From Octopus vulgaris (lineage: Eukaryota): a stretch of 64,000 nt of DNA. Positions 1 to 13,193 of this stretch are shown here, piece after piece. The stretch lies in NCBI GenBank assembly GCA_951406725.2, contig OX597822.1, forward strand, positions 117,242,001-117,306,000. The letters are read 5' to 3'. The notes beneath the pieces are model-generated. The model searched no databases. It was not told where the DNA came from and worked only from the letters and a program-made list of their open reading frames with translations. Both the position numbers and the translations under genes were made by a program. Position 1 is the first letter of the stretch. Each line of letters opens with the position of its first letter.

Positions 1-38
1 AATGCCACTAAGCAATTTGCTTAGTGTGATAACGATTC

Positions 39-467
39 TTATTTCTTTATTGCCCACAAGGAGCTAAACACAGAGGGGACAAACAAGGACAGACAAACGG
101 ATTAAGTCAATCAGATCGACCCCAGTGTGTAACTGGTACTTAATTTATCGACCCTGAAAGGATGAAAGGCAAAGTCGACCTCGGCGGAATTTGAACTCGG
201 AACGTAACTGGTCCCATATATATATATATATATAATTTCTTTACTACCCACAAGGAGCTAAACACAGAGGGGACAAACAAGGACAGACAAAGGGATTAAG
301 TCAATTAGATTGACCCCAGTGCGTAACTGGTACTTAATTTATCGACCCTGAAAGGATGAAAGGCAAAGTCGATCTCGGCGGAATTTGAACTCGGAACGTA
401 GCGACAGACAAAATGCCCCTAAGCATTTTGCCAGTGTGATAATGATTGTGCCAACTCACCACCTTAG
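39..467 (-). mobile_element. Short tRNA-derived SINE, third family, here as a tandem ~192-bp dimer; many dispersed copies (e.g. ~3145-3355, ~7965-8160, ~17560-17770, ~55285-55735, ~58570-58790)
   Basis: Recurrent aaggatgaaaggcaaagtcgacctcggcggaatttgaactc (B box GAGTTCAAATTCC on the minus strand). Confidence 0.75.
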
Positions 468-499
468 TTCTCAATTTATATTAATATTAATTAACTTAC

Positions 500-742
500 T
501 AGATCCAAGAAGGGTAGCATTAACTGAACCAATTAGTGTGCCGCAAGACGTATCGGTGTACTGGTTGTTTTCCACTGGGCAGTCTTCTAATTTGGCCGAC
601 TCTTGAGCAGTGGGGTTTTTAACGTTGATGTCTTCCGGAGTTAAGTCTTTGCATTTGTCGTTGTTTCTGTTGGTGAGGATCTCTCTTACACTCCCAGATA
701 TTTCGTTGAATTCCGTATATGTACAAACAACACAACTTCTAC
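500..742 (-). CDS. Duplicated exon 2 cassette; its exon 3 would lie left of the window
   Basis: Same translation and splice sites as the other copies. Confidence 0.72.
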
Positions 743-1069
743 CTGCAACGACTACAATAATAGAAATAGGGATCAGCACAACAACAACAACAAGAATTGA
801 AATTTCTAATTTTGGCACAGAACCAGCAATTTCCTGGAGAGTGGTTAGCTGACTGCATTGACCCCTGGGGTTCAACTTACTTTATTACACCTGAAAATTT
901 AAAAAGGTGAAGTCTACTTTTGTGGAATTTGTAAAGAGGCGGAAGTAATATCGTTAAGCATCTTGTCAGCTTATCACACTACTACTACTACTACCACCAC
1001 CACCACCACCACCACCACCAACACCACTACTACTACTACTACCACCACCACCACCACCACCACCACCAA

Positions 1070-1102
<33 letters not shown>

Positions 1103-1252
1103 CACTACCACAAATGGTTTAAAATTTTGCCGCAAGGGCAGCATGACTTAGTATCATCAGCATAAGATAGAATACTAGAATGCAGTGTGGAACTAAGCGA
1201 GGAAGGGAGAAACAAAAACTTATCTGCACATAACTGGATGGATGTGAGTGAA

Positions 1253-1838
1253 ATCATCATCATCATCATCATCATTTAGCGTCCGCTTTCCATGCTAGCA
1301 TGGGTTGGACGGTTCAACTGGGGTCTGTGAAGCTGGAAGGCTTCGTCAGGCCCAGTCAGATCTGGCAGTGTTTCTACGGCTGGATGCCCTTCCTAATGCC
1401 AATGTAAGATGGCTAAATCCATAATGAAGCACATGTTGGCCAGGTATCATCATCATCATCATCATCATCATTTAGCGTCCGCTTTCCATGCTAGCATGGG
1501 TTGGACGGGTCAACTGGGGTCTGTGAAGCTGGAAGGCTTCGTCAGGCCCAGTCAGATCTGGCAGTGTTTCTACGGCTGGATGCCCTTCCTAATGCCAATG
1601 TAAGATGGCTAAATCCATAATGAAGCACATGTTGGCCAGGTATCATCATCATCATCATCATCATCATTTAGCGTCCGCTTTCCATGCTAGCATGGGTTGG
1701 ACGGTTCAACTGGGGTCTGGGAAGCTGGAAGGCTTCGTCAGGCCCAGTCAGATCTGGCAGTGTTTCTACGGCTGGATGCCCTACCTAACGCCAATGTAAG
1801 ATGGCTAAATCCATAATGAAGCACATGTTGGCCAGGTA
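1253..1838. repeat. 196-bp tandem repeat of an RTE-tail fragment plus flank (3 units here and at 9383-9968; 4 units at 23238-24019)
   Basis: Unit: (CAT)n-ttagcgtccgctttccatgctagc...aagcacatgttggccaggta. Confidence 0.9.
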
Positions 1839-2271
1839 TGTTTATTTATATGGGTAGCCAAAAGGAAGTAAGATGGCTGATGGAAATGAAGACCGAGGTA
1901 GGATTTTGGAACAAAACATGATGCCTGGAGCTACTAGCAAAATTTGAAAGCCGATACGAACAAAATTGAAAAGTTGTTTTCAAAACAAGACCACAACAGG
2001 GTAGCTGAAAGGAACCCCCATCATTGCTTGAGTTTCGTCCCACTAAATCCACCCACAAGGCATAGCTTGAGGCTGTAGTAGAAGACAACTTAGCCAAGGT
2101 GCTATGCAGGGTGGCTGAACCTGGAGCCATGCAGGCACCAATAAAAAAACAATAAAAAGATGAAATAGGACTACACAGGATCACTGAAGTCTAGAAATTT
2201 TAGGAGCTTTGTAATAGGGAAGCGGAAGATAAAAAAAAACAAAAAAAACCCAGTTATTTCTATGCATTTTC

Positions 2272-2277
2272 TTTATT
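2272..2277 (-). terminator. Candidate polyadenylation signal AATAAA for exon 3 (equivalent sites near 10402 and 24453)
   Basis: AATAAA on the minus strand ~310 nt after the stop, followed by a U-rich tract. Confidence 0.45.
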
Positions 2278-2588
2278 AAACTTCCAATCTAGACAGATAT
2301 TATGAAGAAATGATTTTGATATAAATGTTCTTGTATTTGTTGAATTCACATTTTTATACAACGGTGAGAAATACAACAAAATATATTTCTTTGGTTGGAC
2401 TTGGTAATGAATAGTTTGATTGGTTGAATATACGGACAGACTGATAGATATACAGGTTATTAAAAATTTACAAGAATTTATATTTTATTTAAACAAGTAT
2501 AAAATGCTTATCAAAGTAAAGTACGCAATTGCGTTAACAAAATATAATCAAAAACAAGCATTTACAATTTCTTTTGTTCTCTGCTTAA

Positions 2589-2881
2589 TTAATAATCCTT
2601 GATCAGGGCCTGAGACAACATAGAAATGGTAAAACCTAAAAGTAGGAGACTATTTGAAGCATACATACTTCTGGCGGCAATAGATTCCTCGTTGCAAACA
2701 TGGTCATCACAGACACACCTGCGTCCTGAAAATGACAGAATTTTGTACTTGCTAATGCTAGAAAATATAACGGCCAGGTTTGATTTCATGTCTATTTCTG
2801 TATTGGTCCTTTCAGCACATATTCTTGGGCTATCTTTCTCAATTTCCAAACATCCACGGTGAAATACAGTCACTCTCGATT
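2589..2881 (-). CDS. Duplicated exon 3 cassette
   Basis: Same translation, acceptor and stop as 24770-25062. Confidence 0.75.
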
Positions 2882-4229
2882 CTACAAAGTAAAAATCATT
2901 TGCATTAGTTTTTTTAGTAGAATATTGTATCAACATCACATACTTAATGGATGTGTGTGATTAAAAACTACAAAGCTCCAGTATTTTGTCTAAGGGAAGT
3001 CTCTTTAAAAAAACAAAGTATAACTTCAAAGCTGTAGGCTGTGTTTTTCAACACTATACATCGAGAGGGAGACTTCTCTGAGATGAAATACTGCAGTTTT
3101 GTAGCATTTAACAAGACACATACATTAAGTATGTGAAATTGGTTTCAAATTTTGGCACAAGGCCAGCAACTTTGGGGAAGGGATAAGTTGATTACATTGA
3201 TCCCAGTACTCAAAGGGTACTTATTTCATTGACTCTGAAAGGATGAAAGGTAAAGTCGACCTTGGCAGAATTTGAACTCAGAATGTAAAAGATGGATGGA
3301 CTGCCACCAATCATTTCGTCTGGTGTGCTTATGATTCTGCCAGCTCACCATCTTACACTGAGTATGCGATATTGATAACATTTACATTATTGAGTCGCTT
3401 CTAAAACAAAAATCACATTTAAATTTAAGAATGTTCTCAAAATGGTTTTATACTAAGACATGCAAAGTACAAGCAGAAATACACGGTGACCTCTTGATTG
3501 AAGAAATGTAAGTTCCCAGATGTGTATTACGGTTGTGAAAACTTATCATGCTCACTTTATAGCAAATTTTATTTATTTATTTATTTTACATAATATTTTG
3601 TAAAAAATTAGAATTATTGATCACAGATTTTACAATAGGACAGTGATGGGTTCATTGATTATACGATGACAAAAGTGACAAAAGATTGCTTGTATTATAC
3701 AGGTAGAACAAATACCATAATGTGCCTCATTCAAAAGCACCTGTTTATCAGTTTCCTCATCCGTGTTTACATCTTTTACCAATATACATCACCAAAAGGT
3801 GTACATAAACACACATCCTCCAATACACAAACATATTTTATGAGAGATGATAAACAGATATTACACAACTTGACTTGTGGTCTTCCTCACTTGTTCAGGT
3901 GACGGTACAAATTGGTAGGTTCCAAACTAATATGATGGCAGTGTAACCTGTATAGGTCAGTGGTTGTTGTCTGCCAGGCAACAGAATGGCTGTGTCTTCT
4001 TTGAAATTGTCAAGGAGGAATTTAGGCATGTGTAAGTGGACTGAAACCATTTCTTTATTACCAGTTAAGATGTAAGATAGGATTGTAGCTGAGGTGAAGC
4101 TTCTGTATAAGAAGGCAAAGACTGCAGGACTTTGGTCAATTCATAGATGCCTTAATCTTATCTAATTCTGTTTATGAGATACAAGTGGTCTTTTCTTTTG
4201 TGATTTTCAAACACATGGATGCACGCGCG

Positions 4230-4279
<50 letters not shown>

Positions 4280-4795
4280 TACAGTGGAGCTAATATTTTA
4301 GTTGAGACACTTAGAACCAGATTTTTGTTTTGGATTGCAGAATGACTGTATATTTGCATTTCTAAATTGGAAACACCCTACCCACCCCCTGCCCAAGTTT
4401 ACACCTGTTTTCTTGTTTAGATTCACATGATATGTAACAGTTTCACTTTGGAAATGTTTTGCTTTCCATCAAAACAAATTCAGTTGTTACACTTTTTGCT
4501 TCAGATTTTTAATCACATCAAACAGCTGTATATTTCATATTGGTTTGCCATGTAAAGAAAGGCTGCTTGTCATCGTTGTTTTAAGAACCACATTTTCATG
4601 CTTGTGTGCATTGGACGGAGATTATTGAGGTTGATTTTCTAAATCTGGATGCCCTTCATATCACCAGCCCTCACCTGTTTTCAAGTAAGGTAATATTTCT
4701 CCATGACCAGATTTGTCTCAGAACATTGGAAATGAAGACCACTTGAGTGATGGTGACATTTGTTTTGAACTATTATGCAATGTCACAGGCAAAGT

Positions 4796-4840
<45 letters not shown>

Positions 4841-5024
4841 AAACACACGTGTGTGTAAAAGCACCCAGTACACATTGTAAAGCAGTTGGTGTTAGGAGGG
4901 GCATAGAGCCATAGAAACTATGTCAAAACAGACATGGACCTTGGGCAGCTCTTCAGTAGGTAAACTTCTGCCAAAGTATTTAACCCATGCCAGCATGGAA
5001 AACAGATGTTAAATGATGATGATG

Positions 5025-5069
<45 letters not shown>

Positions 5070-5074
<5 letters not shown>

Positions 5075-5440
5075 GGTGCAGACGGTATTTCAGAACAGAT
5101 ACATAGTTTTTAAAAAACGCTTATATAAAAGCAGGAGAAAAACATATTTTTATATCAAACATAAAACTAAATTGTCACCTTAATAATTTCATTCAATAAA
5201 ACCACCACAGGCATCATTAACTGCCTCTACGTGGCCAAATGTTGAGGGTGATGGGATCATGCAAACTGTCAGCCATTCATTCTGGTTCATATGAGCCTTG
5301 TGTGATGGGGCAGAATCTTGTTGAAAGACATAACGTCTTCCATTGCATACACTGTTGATCAAAAGTTTAACAACTTTATTCAGAACCTCAATATATGTAG
5401 CAGCATTCACCTTAAGGCCTTATGGAATGACAGGACCACA
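5070..5440 (-). mobile_element. Tc1/mariner-superfamily transposase fragment (copies ~13190-13560, ~27253-27625)
   Basis: NAATYIEVL..VVK.....CNGRRYVFQQDSAPSHKA (DDD/E-domain motif). The element end abuts (TA)n. Confidence 0.75.
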
Positions 5441-5756
5441 TATGATATCTCAAGGTGTATCTTTTTCTCTGATGAAATTGTGCTCATGTCACATAAATGC
5501 AAATTTAATGCACAAATTTGTAATTAAATTATTGAGTATTATTTGAAATGGCTGTAAGAAGCAAAGATGACCGATTTCTTAATAATAAAGAATTATTAAC
5601 TTCCTATTTTCCATTTTATTTTCTTCATTTAATTGGATAGAAACTATATGCTTAATATATATTTATCATTTTAAGGGAATGTCATTCCCCAATGATACTA
5701 GGTATTGAACCAGCATTTCCTTGGATGTAACCATCTCTTTACAAGGTAAACATACC

Positions 5757-6356
5757 CTCTATGGAGACCCAGGAAGACATGGGAGTGAGGTGGTGAAGCA
5801 TGACCTTCGAATATTGGGCCTCACAGAGGCAATGACAAAAGATCGAGACCTCTGGAGATATGCTGTGGTTGAGAAGACCTGGGAAATAAAGTGAGTCCAC
5901 AGCTGTAACCTACCCAAGTGTTGCATAACCAGCCCACTCAAAAAGTACCTTGGATCGTAGGGCAACATGCCCTGCTTGAGGAGACTGATTGAGTCAAGTA
6001 CATCAAAACCAAAATCAAATGGAAATTGTAGTTGTGGTCCCTGTGCCGGTGGCATGTAAAAAGCACCATCTGAATGTGGATGATGCCAATGCCGCCATGA
6101 CTGGCTTCCGTGCTGGTGGCACATAAAAAGCACCAACCAATCGTGGTCATTGCCAGCCCCCCTGGCCCCTGTGCCGGTGGCACATAAAAAGTACCCACTA
6201 CACTGTTGGAGTGGTTGGCATTAGGAGGGTCATCTAGCTGTAGAAACACTGCCAGATCAGACTGGAGCCTAGTGCAGCCTCCTGGCTTTCCAGACCCCAG
6301 TCAAACCCTCCAAGTCATGCCAACATGAAAAATGGATGTTAAACGATGACGATGAT
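5757..6356 (+). mobile_element. RTE LINE 3' fragment (copies ~13877-14476, ~27941-28540)
   Basis: Similar to 54445-55160, with the same 3' tail. Confidence 0.75.
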
Positions 6357-6617
6357 ATATATGTAGACACAGTTTGACTGTAATAGTTAAAAAGTTTTTA
6401 CTCCACAACTACAGTATTCTCGGTTCAATCCTGCTGTGTAGAATATGAGGCAAAAGTTATTTTCTATAGCCTTGGATCCACCCATAACTTGTGAGTAAAA
6501 TTGAGTGGACAGAAATTTTATAGAAGTACCTTGGGTAGATTGTAATTATAATTCAAAAGCTACATCTTTGTCACATAGTCTCACATTGATTCTGCATGAG
6601 AATTACATTAAAAGTAC

Positions 6618-6960
6618 ACAGGTTAGTGAAATATTTCGTTTCTGGATTTGGTTTGCAAGATTCTTTATGTGAGTTCGTGTGTTGAAGCATATTCTGTTGT
6701 GTCTGGGGAGAGTCATTTTCTTTTTGTGCCTTATAATGTAACACACTCACCAATGAAATTTCCACTTTTTTCTTATTGTTATTGTCCTAAAATTTTCGTT
6801 GCATCTTGCAACCTTTTCAATAGTTTTGACTCTCAAAACGTTGCAAGATGCAACGAAAATTTTAGGAAAATAAAAATAAGTGGAAATTTTACCTGTGAGT
6901 GTGTTACATTATAAGGCACAAAAGAAATGACTCTCCCCAGACACAACAGGTTAGTGAAAT
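6618..6960. mobile_element. Fold-back insertion with ~120-bp inverted arms and 15-bp TSD (copies 14737-15081, 28801-29145)
   Basis: Arms 6694-~6812 and ~6840-6949 are reverse complements. ACAGGTTAGTGAAAT is duplicated at 6618-6632 and 6946-6960. Confidence 0.75.
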
Positions 6961-7716
6961 GCTTGACCACTAACAGGTTAATTCAGATTCAGATAATCCA
7001 GTTGATTGAATATCAGGCATTTGTGTATGTATGTATATGTGTGTACATATATGTGTGTGTGAGTACATGTGTGTATGTGTCTGTGTATATTATATTTATA
7101 ACAGTTATATAGGCACAGTTGCTTCCCAGCCACATGGTTTTGAGTTCAGTCCCACTGTGTGGCACCTTAGCCAGGTGTCTTTTACAATAGGCTCTGGTTA
7201 ACAAAAGCGTTGTGAGAGCATTTGATAGCAAGAAACTGGGTGAAGCCAGTCGCATGTATGCATGTATGTATGCATGTATGTATGCTTGTGAGAGTGTGTG
7301 TATGTTTGTGTCTTTTTGTCTTAAAATTATGTGATTATTGTAAATGAATGTTGTTCATTTTGAATATTTTGCAAAAATGTTTGGCCAATGGAGAAATATT
7401 ACCTTGCTTGGAAAAAATTCAGTGTCAATGACTGGAAAGAGATTTGGTCATAGAAAGATCTGGCTCAAATAAACTTCCATGCAAGAATGGACATTAAAAC
7501 AATCTTTGATCTCTCTTTCACTTGTTTCAGTCGTTAGTCTGTGGCCCTGCTGGGGCACCACCTTGAAGGATTTTAGCTGAACAAATTTATCCTAAAACTT
7601 ATTTTTTAAGCCTGGTACTTATTCTATCATTCTCTTTTGCTGAACCACTATGTTATGGAGATGTAAACACACCAACACTGGTTGTCAAGCGGTGGTGGGG
7701 GGACAAATACAGGTAG

Positions 7717-7748
<32 letters not shown>

Positions 7749-8629
7749 GCGCACATGCGACACACATCTTTCATTTTCTGTCTACCAAATCCACTGACAA
7801 GACTTTATTGGCCTTTGACCTGAGGCTACAGCTGAAGGTACTTTCCCAAGGTGCCATGTAGTGGGACTGAACCCATAACCATGTGGTTGGGAAGCAAGCT
7901 TCTTACCACAAAGCCACATGATGATAAATGATGAATGATGACGATGTAATCAGTTAATATTAATTTCAAAATTGTGGCACAAGGCCAGCAATTTTGAGGG
8001 TAGGAGATAAGTTGATTACATCAAGCCCAACATTCAAGTCGTACTTATTTTATCGACCATGAAAGGATAAAAGGCAAAGTCAACCTTGGTTGAATTTGAA
8101 CTTGAATTTGAAAGTTCAAATGTGGGACAAAATGCCACTAAGCAATTTGCTTAGTGTGATAACGATTCTTATTTCTTTATTGCCCACAAGGAGCTAAACA
8201 CAGAGGGGACAAACAAGGACAGACAAACGGATTAAGTCAATCAGATCGACCCCAGTGTGTAACTGGTACTTAATTTATCGACCCTGAAAGGATGAAAGGC
8301 AAAGTCGACCTCGGCGGAATTTGAACTCGGAACGTAACTGGTCCCATATATATATATATATATAATTTCTTTACTACCCACAAGGAGCTAAACACAGAGG
8401 GGACAAACAAGGACAGACAAAGGGATTAAGTCAATTAGATTGACCCCAGTGCGTAACTGGTACTTAATTTATCGACCCTGAAAGGATGAAAGGCAAAGTC
8501 GATCTCGGCGGAATTTGAACTCGGAACGTAGCGACAGACAAAATGCCCCTAAGCATTTTGCCAGTGTGATAATGATTGTGCCAACTCACCACCTTAGTTC
8601 TCAATTTATATTAATATTAATTAACTTAC

Positions 8630-8872
8630 TAGATCCAAGAAGGGTAGCATTAACTGAACCAATTAGTGTGCCGCAAGACGTATCGGTGTACTGGTTGTTT
8701 TCCACTGGGCAGTCTTCTAATTTGGCCGACTCTTGAGCAGTGGGGTTTTTAACGTTGATGTCTTCCGGAGTTAAGTCTTTGCATTTGTCGTTGTTTCTGT
8801 TGGTGAGGATCTCTCTTACACTCCCAGATATTTCGTTGAATTCCGTATATGTACAAACAACACAACTTCTAC
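8630..8872 (-). CDS. Duplicated exon 2 cassette (no own exon 1)
   Basis: Same translation and splice sites as 30809-31051. Confidence 0.75.
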
Positions 8873-9199
8873 CTGCAACGACTACAATAATAGAAATAGG
8901 GATCAGCACAACAACAACAACAAGAATTGAAATTTCTAATTTTGGCACAGAACCAGCAATTTCCTGGAGAGTGGTTAGCTGACTGCATTGACCCCTGGGG
9001 TTCAACTTACTTTATTACACCTGAAAATTTAAAAAGGTGAAGTCTACTTTTGTGGAATTTGTAAAGAGGCGGAAGTAATATCGTTAAGCATCTTGTCAGC
9101 TTATCACACTACTACTACTACTACCACCACCACCACCACCACCACCACCAACACCACTACTACTACTACTACCACCACCACCACCACCACCACCACCAA

Positions 9200-9232
<33 letters not shown>

Positions 9233-10718
9233 CACTACCACAAATGGTTTAAAATTTTGCCGCAAGGGCAGCATGACTTAGTATCATCAGCATAAGATAG
9301 AATACTAGAATGCAGTGTGGAACTAAGCGAGGAAGGGAGAAACAAAAACTTATCTGCACATAACTGGATGGATGTGAGTGAAATCATCATCATCATCATC
9401 ATCATTTAGCGTCCGCTTTCCATGCTAGCATGGGTTGGACGGTTCAACTGGGGTCTGTGAAGCTGGAAGGCTTCGTCAGGCCCAGTCAGATCTGGCAGTG
9501 TTTCTACGGCTGGATGCCCTTCCTAATGCCAATGTAAGATGGCTAAATCCATAATGAAGCACATGTTGGCCAGGTATCATCATCATCATCATCATCATCA
9601 TTTAGCGTCCGCTTTCCATGCTAGCATGGGTTGGACGGGTCAACTGGGGTCTGTGAAGCTGGAAGGCTTCGTCAGGCCCAGTCAGATCTGGCAGTGTTTC
9701 TACGGCTGGATGCCCTTCCTAATGCCAATGTAAGATGGCTAAATCCATAATGAAGCACATGTTGGCCAGGTATCATCATCATCATCATCATCATCATTTA
9801 GCGTCCGCTTTCCATGCTAGCATGGGTTGGACGGTTCAACTGGGGTCTGGGAAGCTGGAAGGCTTCGTCAGGCCCAGTCAGATCTGGCAGTGTTTCTACG
9901 GCTGGATGCCCTACCTAACGCCAATGTAAGATGGCTAAATCCATAATGAAGCACATGTTGGCCAGGTATGTTTATTTATATGGGTAGCCAAAAGGAAGTA
10001 AGATGGCTGATGGAAATGAAGACCGAGGTAGGATTTTGGAACAAAACATGATGCCTGGAGCTACTAGCAAAATTTGAAAGCCGATACGAACAAAATTGAA
10101 AAGTTGTTTTCAAAACAAGACCACAACAGGGTAGCTGAAAGGAACCCCCATCATTGCTTGAGTTTCGTCCCACTAAATCCACCCACAAGGCATAGCTTGA
10201 GGCTGTAGTAGAAGACAACTTAGCCAAGGTGCTATGCAGGGTGGCTGAACCTGGAGCCATGCAGGCACCAATAAAAAAACAATAAAAAGATGAAATAGGA
10301 CTACACAGGATCACTGAAGTCTAGAAATTTTAGGAGCTTTGTAATAGGGAAGCGGAAGATAAAAAAAAACAAAAAAAACCCAGTTATTTCTATGCATTTT
10401 CTTTATTAAACTTCCAATCTAGACAGATATTATGAAGAAATGATTTTGATATAAATGTTCTTGTATTTGTTGAATTCACATTTTTATACAACGGTGAGAA
10501 ATACAACAAAATATATTTCTTTGGTTGGACTTGGTAATGAATAGTTTGATTGGTTGAATATACGGACAGACTGATAGATATACAGGTTATTAAAAATTTA
10601 CAAGAATTTATATTTTATTTAAACAAGTATAAAATGCTTATCAAAGTAAAGTACGCAATTGCGTTAACAAAATATAATCAAAAACAAGCATTTACAATTT
10701 CTTTTGTTCTCTGCTTAA

Positions 10719-11011
10719 TTAATAATCCTTGATCAGGGCCTGAGACAACATAGAAATGGTAAAACCTAAAAGTAGGAGACTATTTGAAGCATACATACTT
10801 CTGGCGGCAATAGATTCCTCGTTGCAAACATGGTCATCACAGACACACCTGCGTCCTGAAAATGACAGAATTTTGTACTTGCTAATGCTAGAAAATATAA
10901 CGGCCAGGTTTGATTTCATGTCTATTTCTGTATTGGTCCTTTCAGCACATATTCTTGGGCTATCTTTCTCAATTTCCAAACATCCACGGTGAAATACAGT
11001 CACTCTCGATT
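10719..11011 (-). CDS. Duplicated exon 3 cassette
   Basis: Same translation, acceptor and stop as 24770-25062. Confidence 0.75.
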
Positions 11012-12358
11012 CTACAAAGTAAAAATCATTTGCATTAGTTTTTTTAGTAGAATATTGTATCAACATCACATACTTAATGGATGTGTGTGATTAAAAACTA
11101 CAAAGCTCCAGTATTTTGTCTAAGGGAAGTCTCTTTAAAAAAACAAAGTATAACTTCAAAGCTGTAGGCTGTGTTTTTCAACACTATACATCGAGAGGAG
11201 ACTTCTCTGAGATGAAATACTGCAGTTTTGTAGCATTTAACAAGACACATACATTAAGTATGTGAAATTGGTTTCAAATTTTGGCACAAGGCCAGCAACT
11301 TTGGGGAAGGGATAAGTTGATTACATTGATCCCAGTACTCAAAGGGTACTTATTTCATTGACTCTGAAAGGATGAAAGGTAAAGTCGACCTTGGCAGAAT
11401 TTGAACTCAGAATGTAAAAGATGGATGGACTGCCACCAATCATTTCGTCTGGTGTGCTTATGATTCTGCCAGCTCACCATCTTACACTGAGTATGCGATA
11501 TTGATAACATTTACATTATTGAGTCGCTTCTAAAACAAAAATCACATTTAAATTTAAGAATGTTCTCAAAATGGTTTTATACTAAGACATGCAAAGTACA
11601 AGCAGAAATACACGGTGACCTCTTGATTGAAGAAATGTAAGTTCCCAGATGTGTATTACGGTTGTGAAAACTTATCATGCTCACTTTATAGCAAATTTTA
11701 TTTATTTATTTATTTTACATAATATTTTGTAAAAAATTAGAATTATTGATCACAGATTTTACAATAGGACAGTGATGGGTTCATTGATTATACGATGACA
11801 AAAGTGACAAAAGATTGCTTGTATTATACAGGTAGAACAAATACCATAATGTGCCTCATTCAAAAGCACCTGTTTATCAGTTTCCTCATCCGTGTTTACA
11901 TCTTTTACCAATATACATCACCAAAAGGTGTACATAAACACACATCCTCCAATACACAAACATATTTTATGAGAGATGATAAACAGATATTACACAACTT
12001 GACTTGTGGTCTTCCTCACTTGTTCAGGTGACGGTACAAATTGGTAGGTTCCAAACTAATATGATGGCAGTGTAACCTGTATAGGTCAGTGGTTGTTGTC
12101 TGCCAGGCAACAGAATGGCTGTGTCTTCTTTGAAATTGTCAAGGAGGAATTTAGGCATGTGTAAGTGGACTGAAACCATTTCTTTATTACCAGTTAAGAT
12201 GTAAGATAGGATTGTAGCTGAGGTGAAGCTTCTGTATAAGAAGGCAAAGACTGCAGGACTTTGGTCAATTCATAGATGCCTTAATCTTATCTAATTCTGT
12301 TTATGAGATACAAGTGGTCTTTTCTTTTGTGATTTTCAAACACATGGATGCACGCGCG

Positions 12359-12408
<50 letters not shown>

Positions 12409-12924
12409 TACAGTGGAGCTAATATTTTAGTTGAGACACTTAGAACCAGATTTTTGTTTTGGATTGCAGAATGACTGTATATTTGCATTTCTAAATTGGA
12501 AACACCCTACCCACCCCCTGCCCAAGTTTACACCTGTTTTCTTGTTTAGATTCACATGATATGTAACAGTTTCACTTTGGAAATGTTTTGCTTTCCATCA
12601 AAACAAATTCAGTTGTTACACTTTTTGCTTCAGATTTTTAATCACATCAAACAGCTGTATATTTCATATTGGTTTGCCATGTAAAGAAAGGCTGCTTGTC
12701 ATCGTTGTTTTAAGAACCACATTTTCATGCTTGTGTGCATTGGACGGAGATTATTGAGGTTGATTTTCTAAATCTGGATGCCCTTCATATCACCAGCCCT
12801 CACCTGTTTTCAAGTAAGGTAATATTTCTCCATGACCAGATTTGTCTCAGAACATTGGAAATGAAGACCACTTGAGTGATGGTGACATTTGTTTTGAACT
12901 ATTATGCAATGTCACAGGCAAAGT

Positions 12925-12967
<43 letters not shown>

Positions 12968-13149
12968 AAACACACGTGTGTGTAAAAGCACCCAGTACAC
13001 ATTGTAAAGCAGTTGGTGTTAGGAGGGGCATAGAGCCATAGAAACTATGTCAAAACAGACATGGACCTTGGGCAGCTCTTCAGTAGGTAAACTTCTGCCA
13101 AAGTATTTAACCCATGCCAGCATGGAAAACAGATGTTAAATGATGATGA

Positions 13150-13193
<44 letters not shown>

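Noticed and set aside
471-875. 134-aa ORF with an apparent hydrophobic signal/TM segment as a stand-alone gene
   Set aside because: The hydrophobic part is the intronic polypyrimidine/(TTG)n tract and SINE sequence upstream of the acceptor at 742. The real exon is 500-742.
963-1151. Thr-rich mucin-like ORF
   Set aside because: It is an (ACT/ACC)n microsatellite in intronic sequence, varying in length between duplicons.
1409-1799. Tandem 64-aa poly-His ORFs
   Set aside because: They are translations of (CAT)n and the antisense RTE tail within a 196-bp repeat. There are no splice or coding signals.
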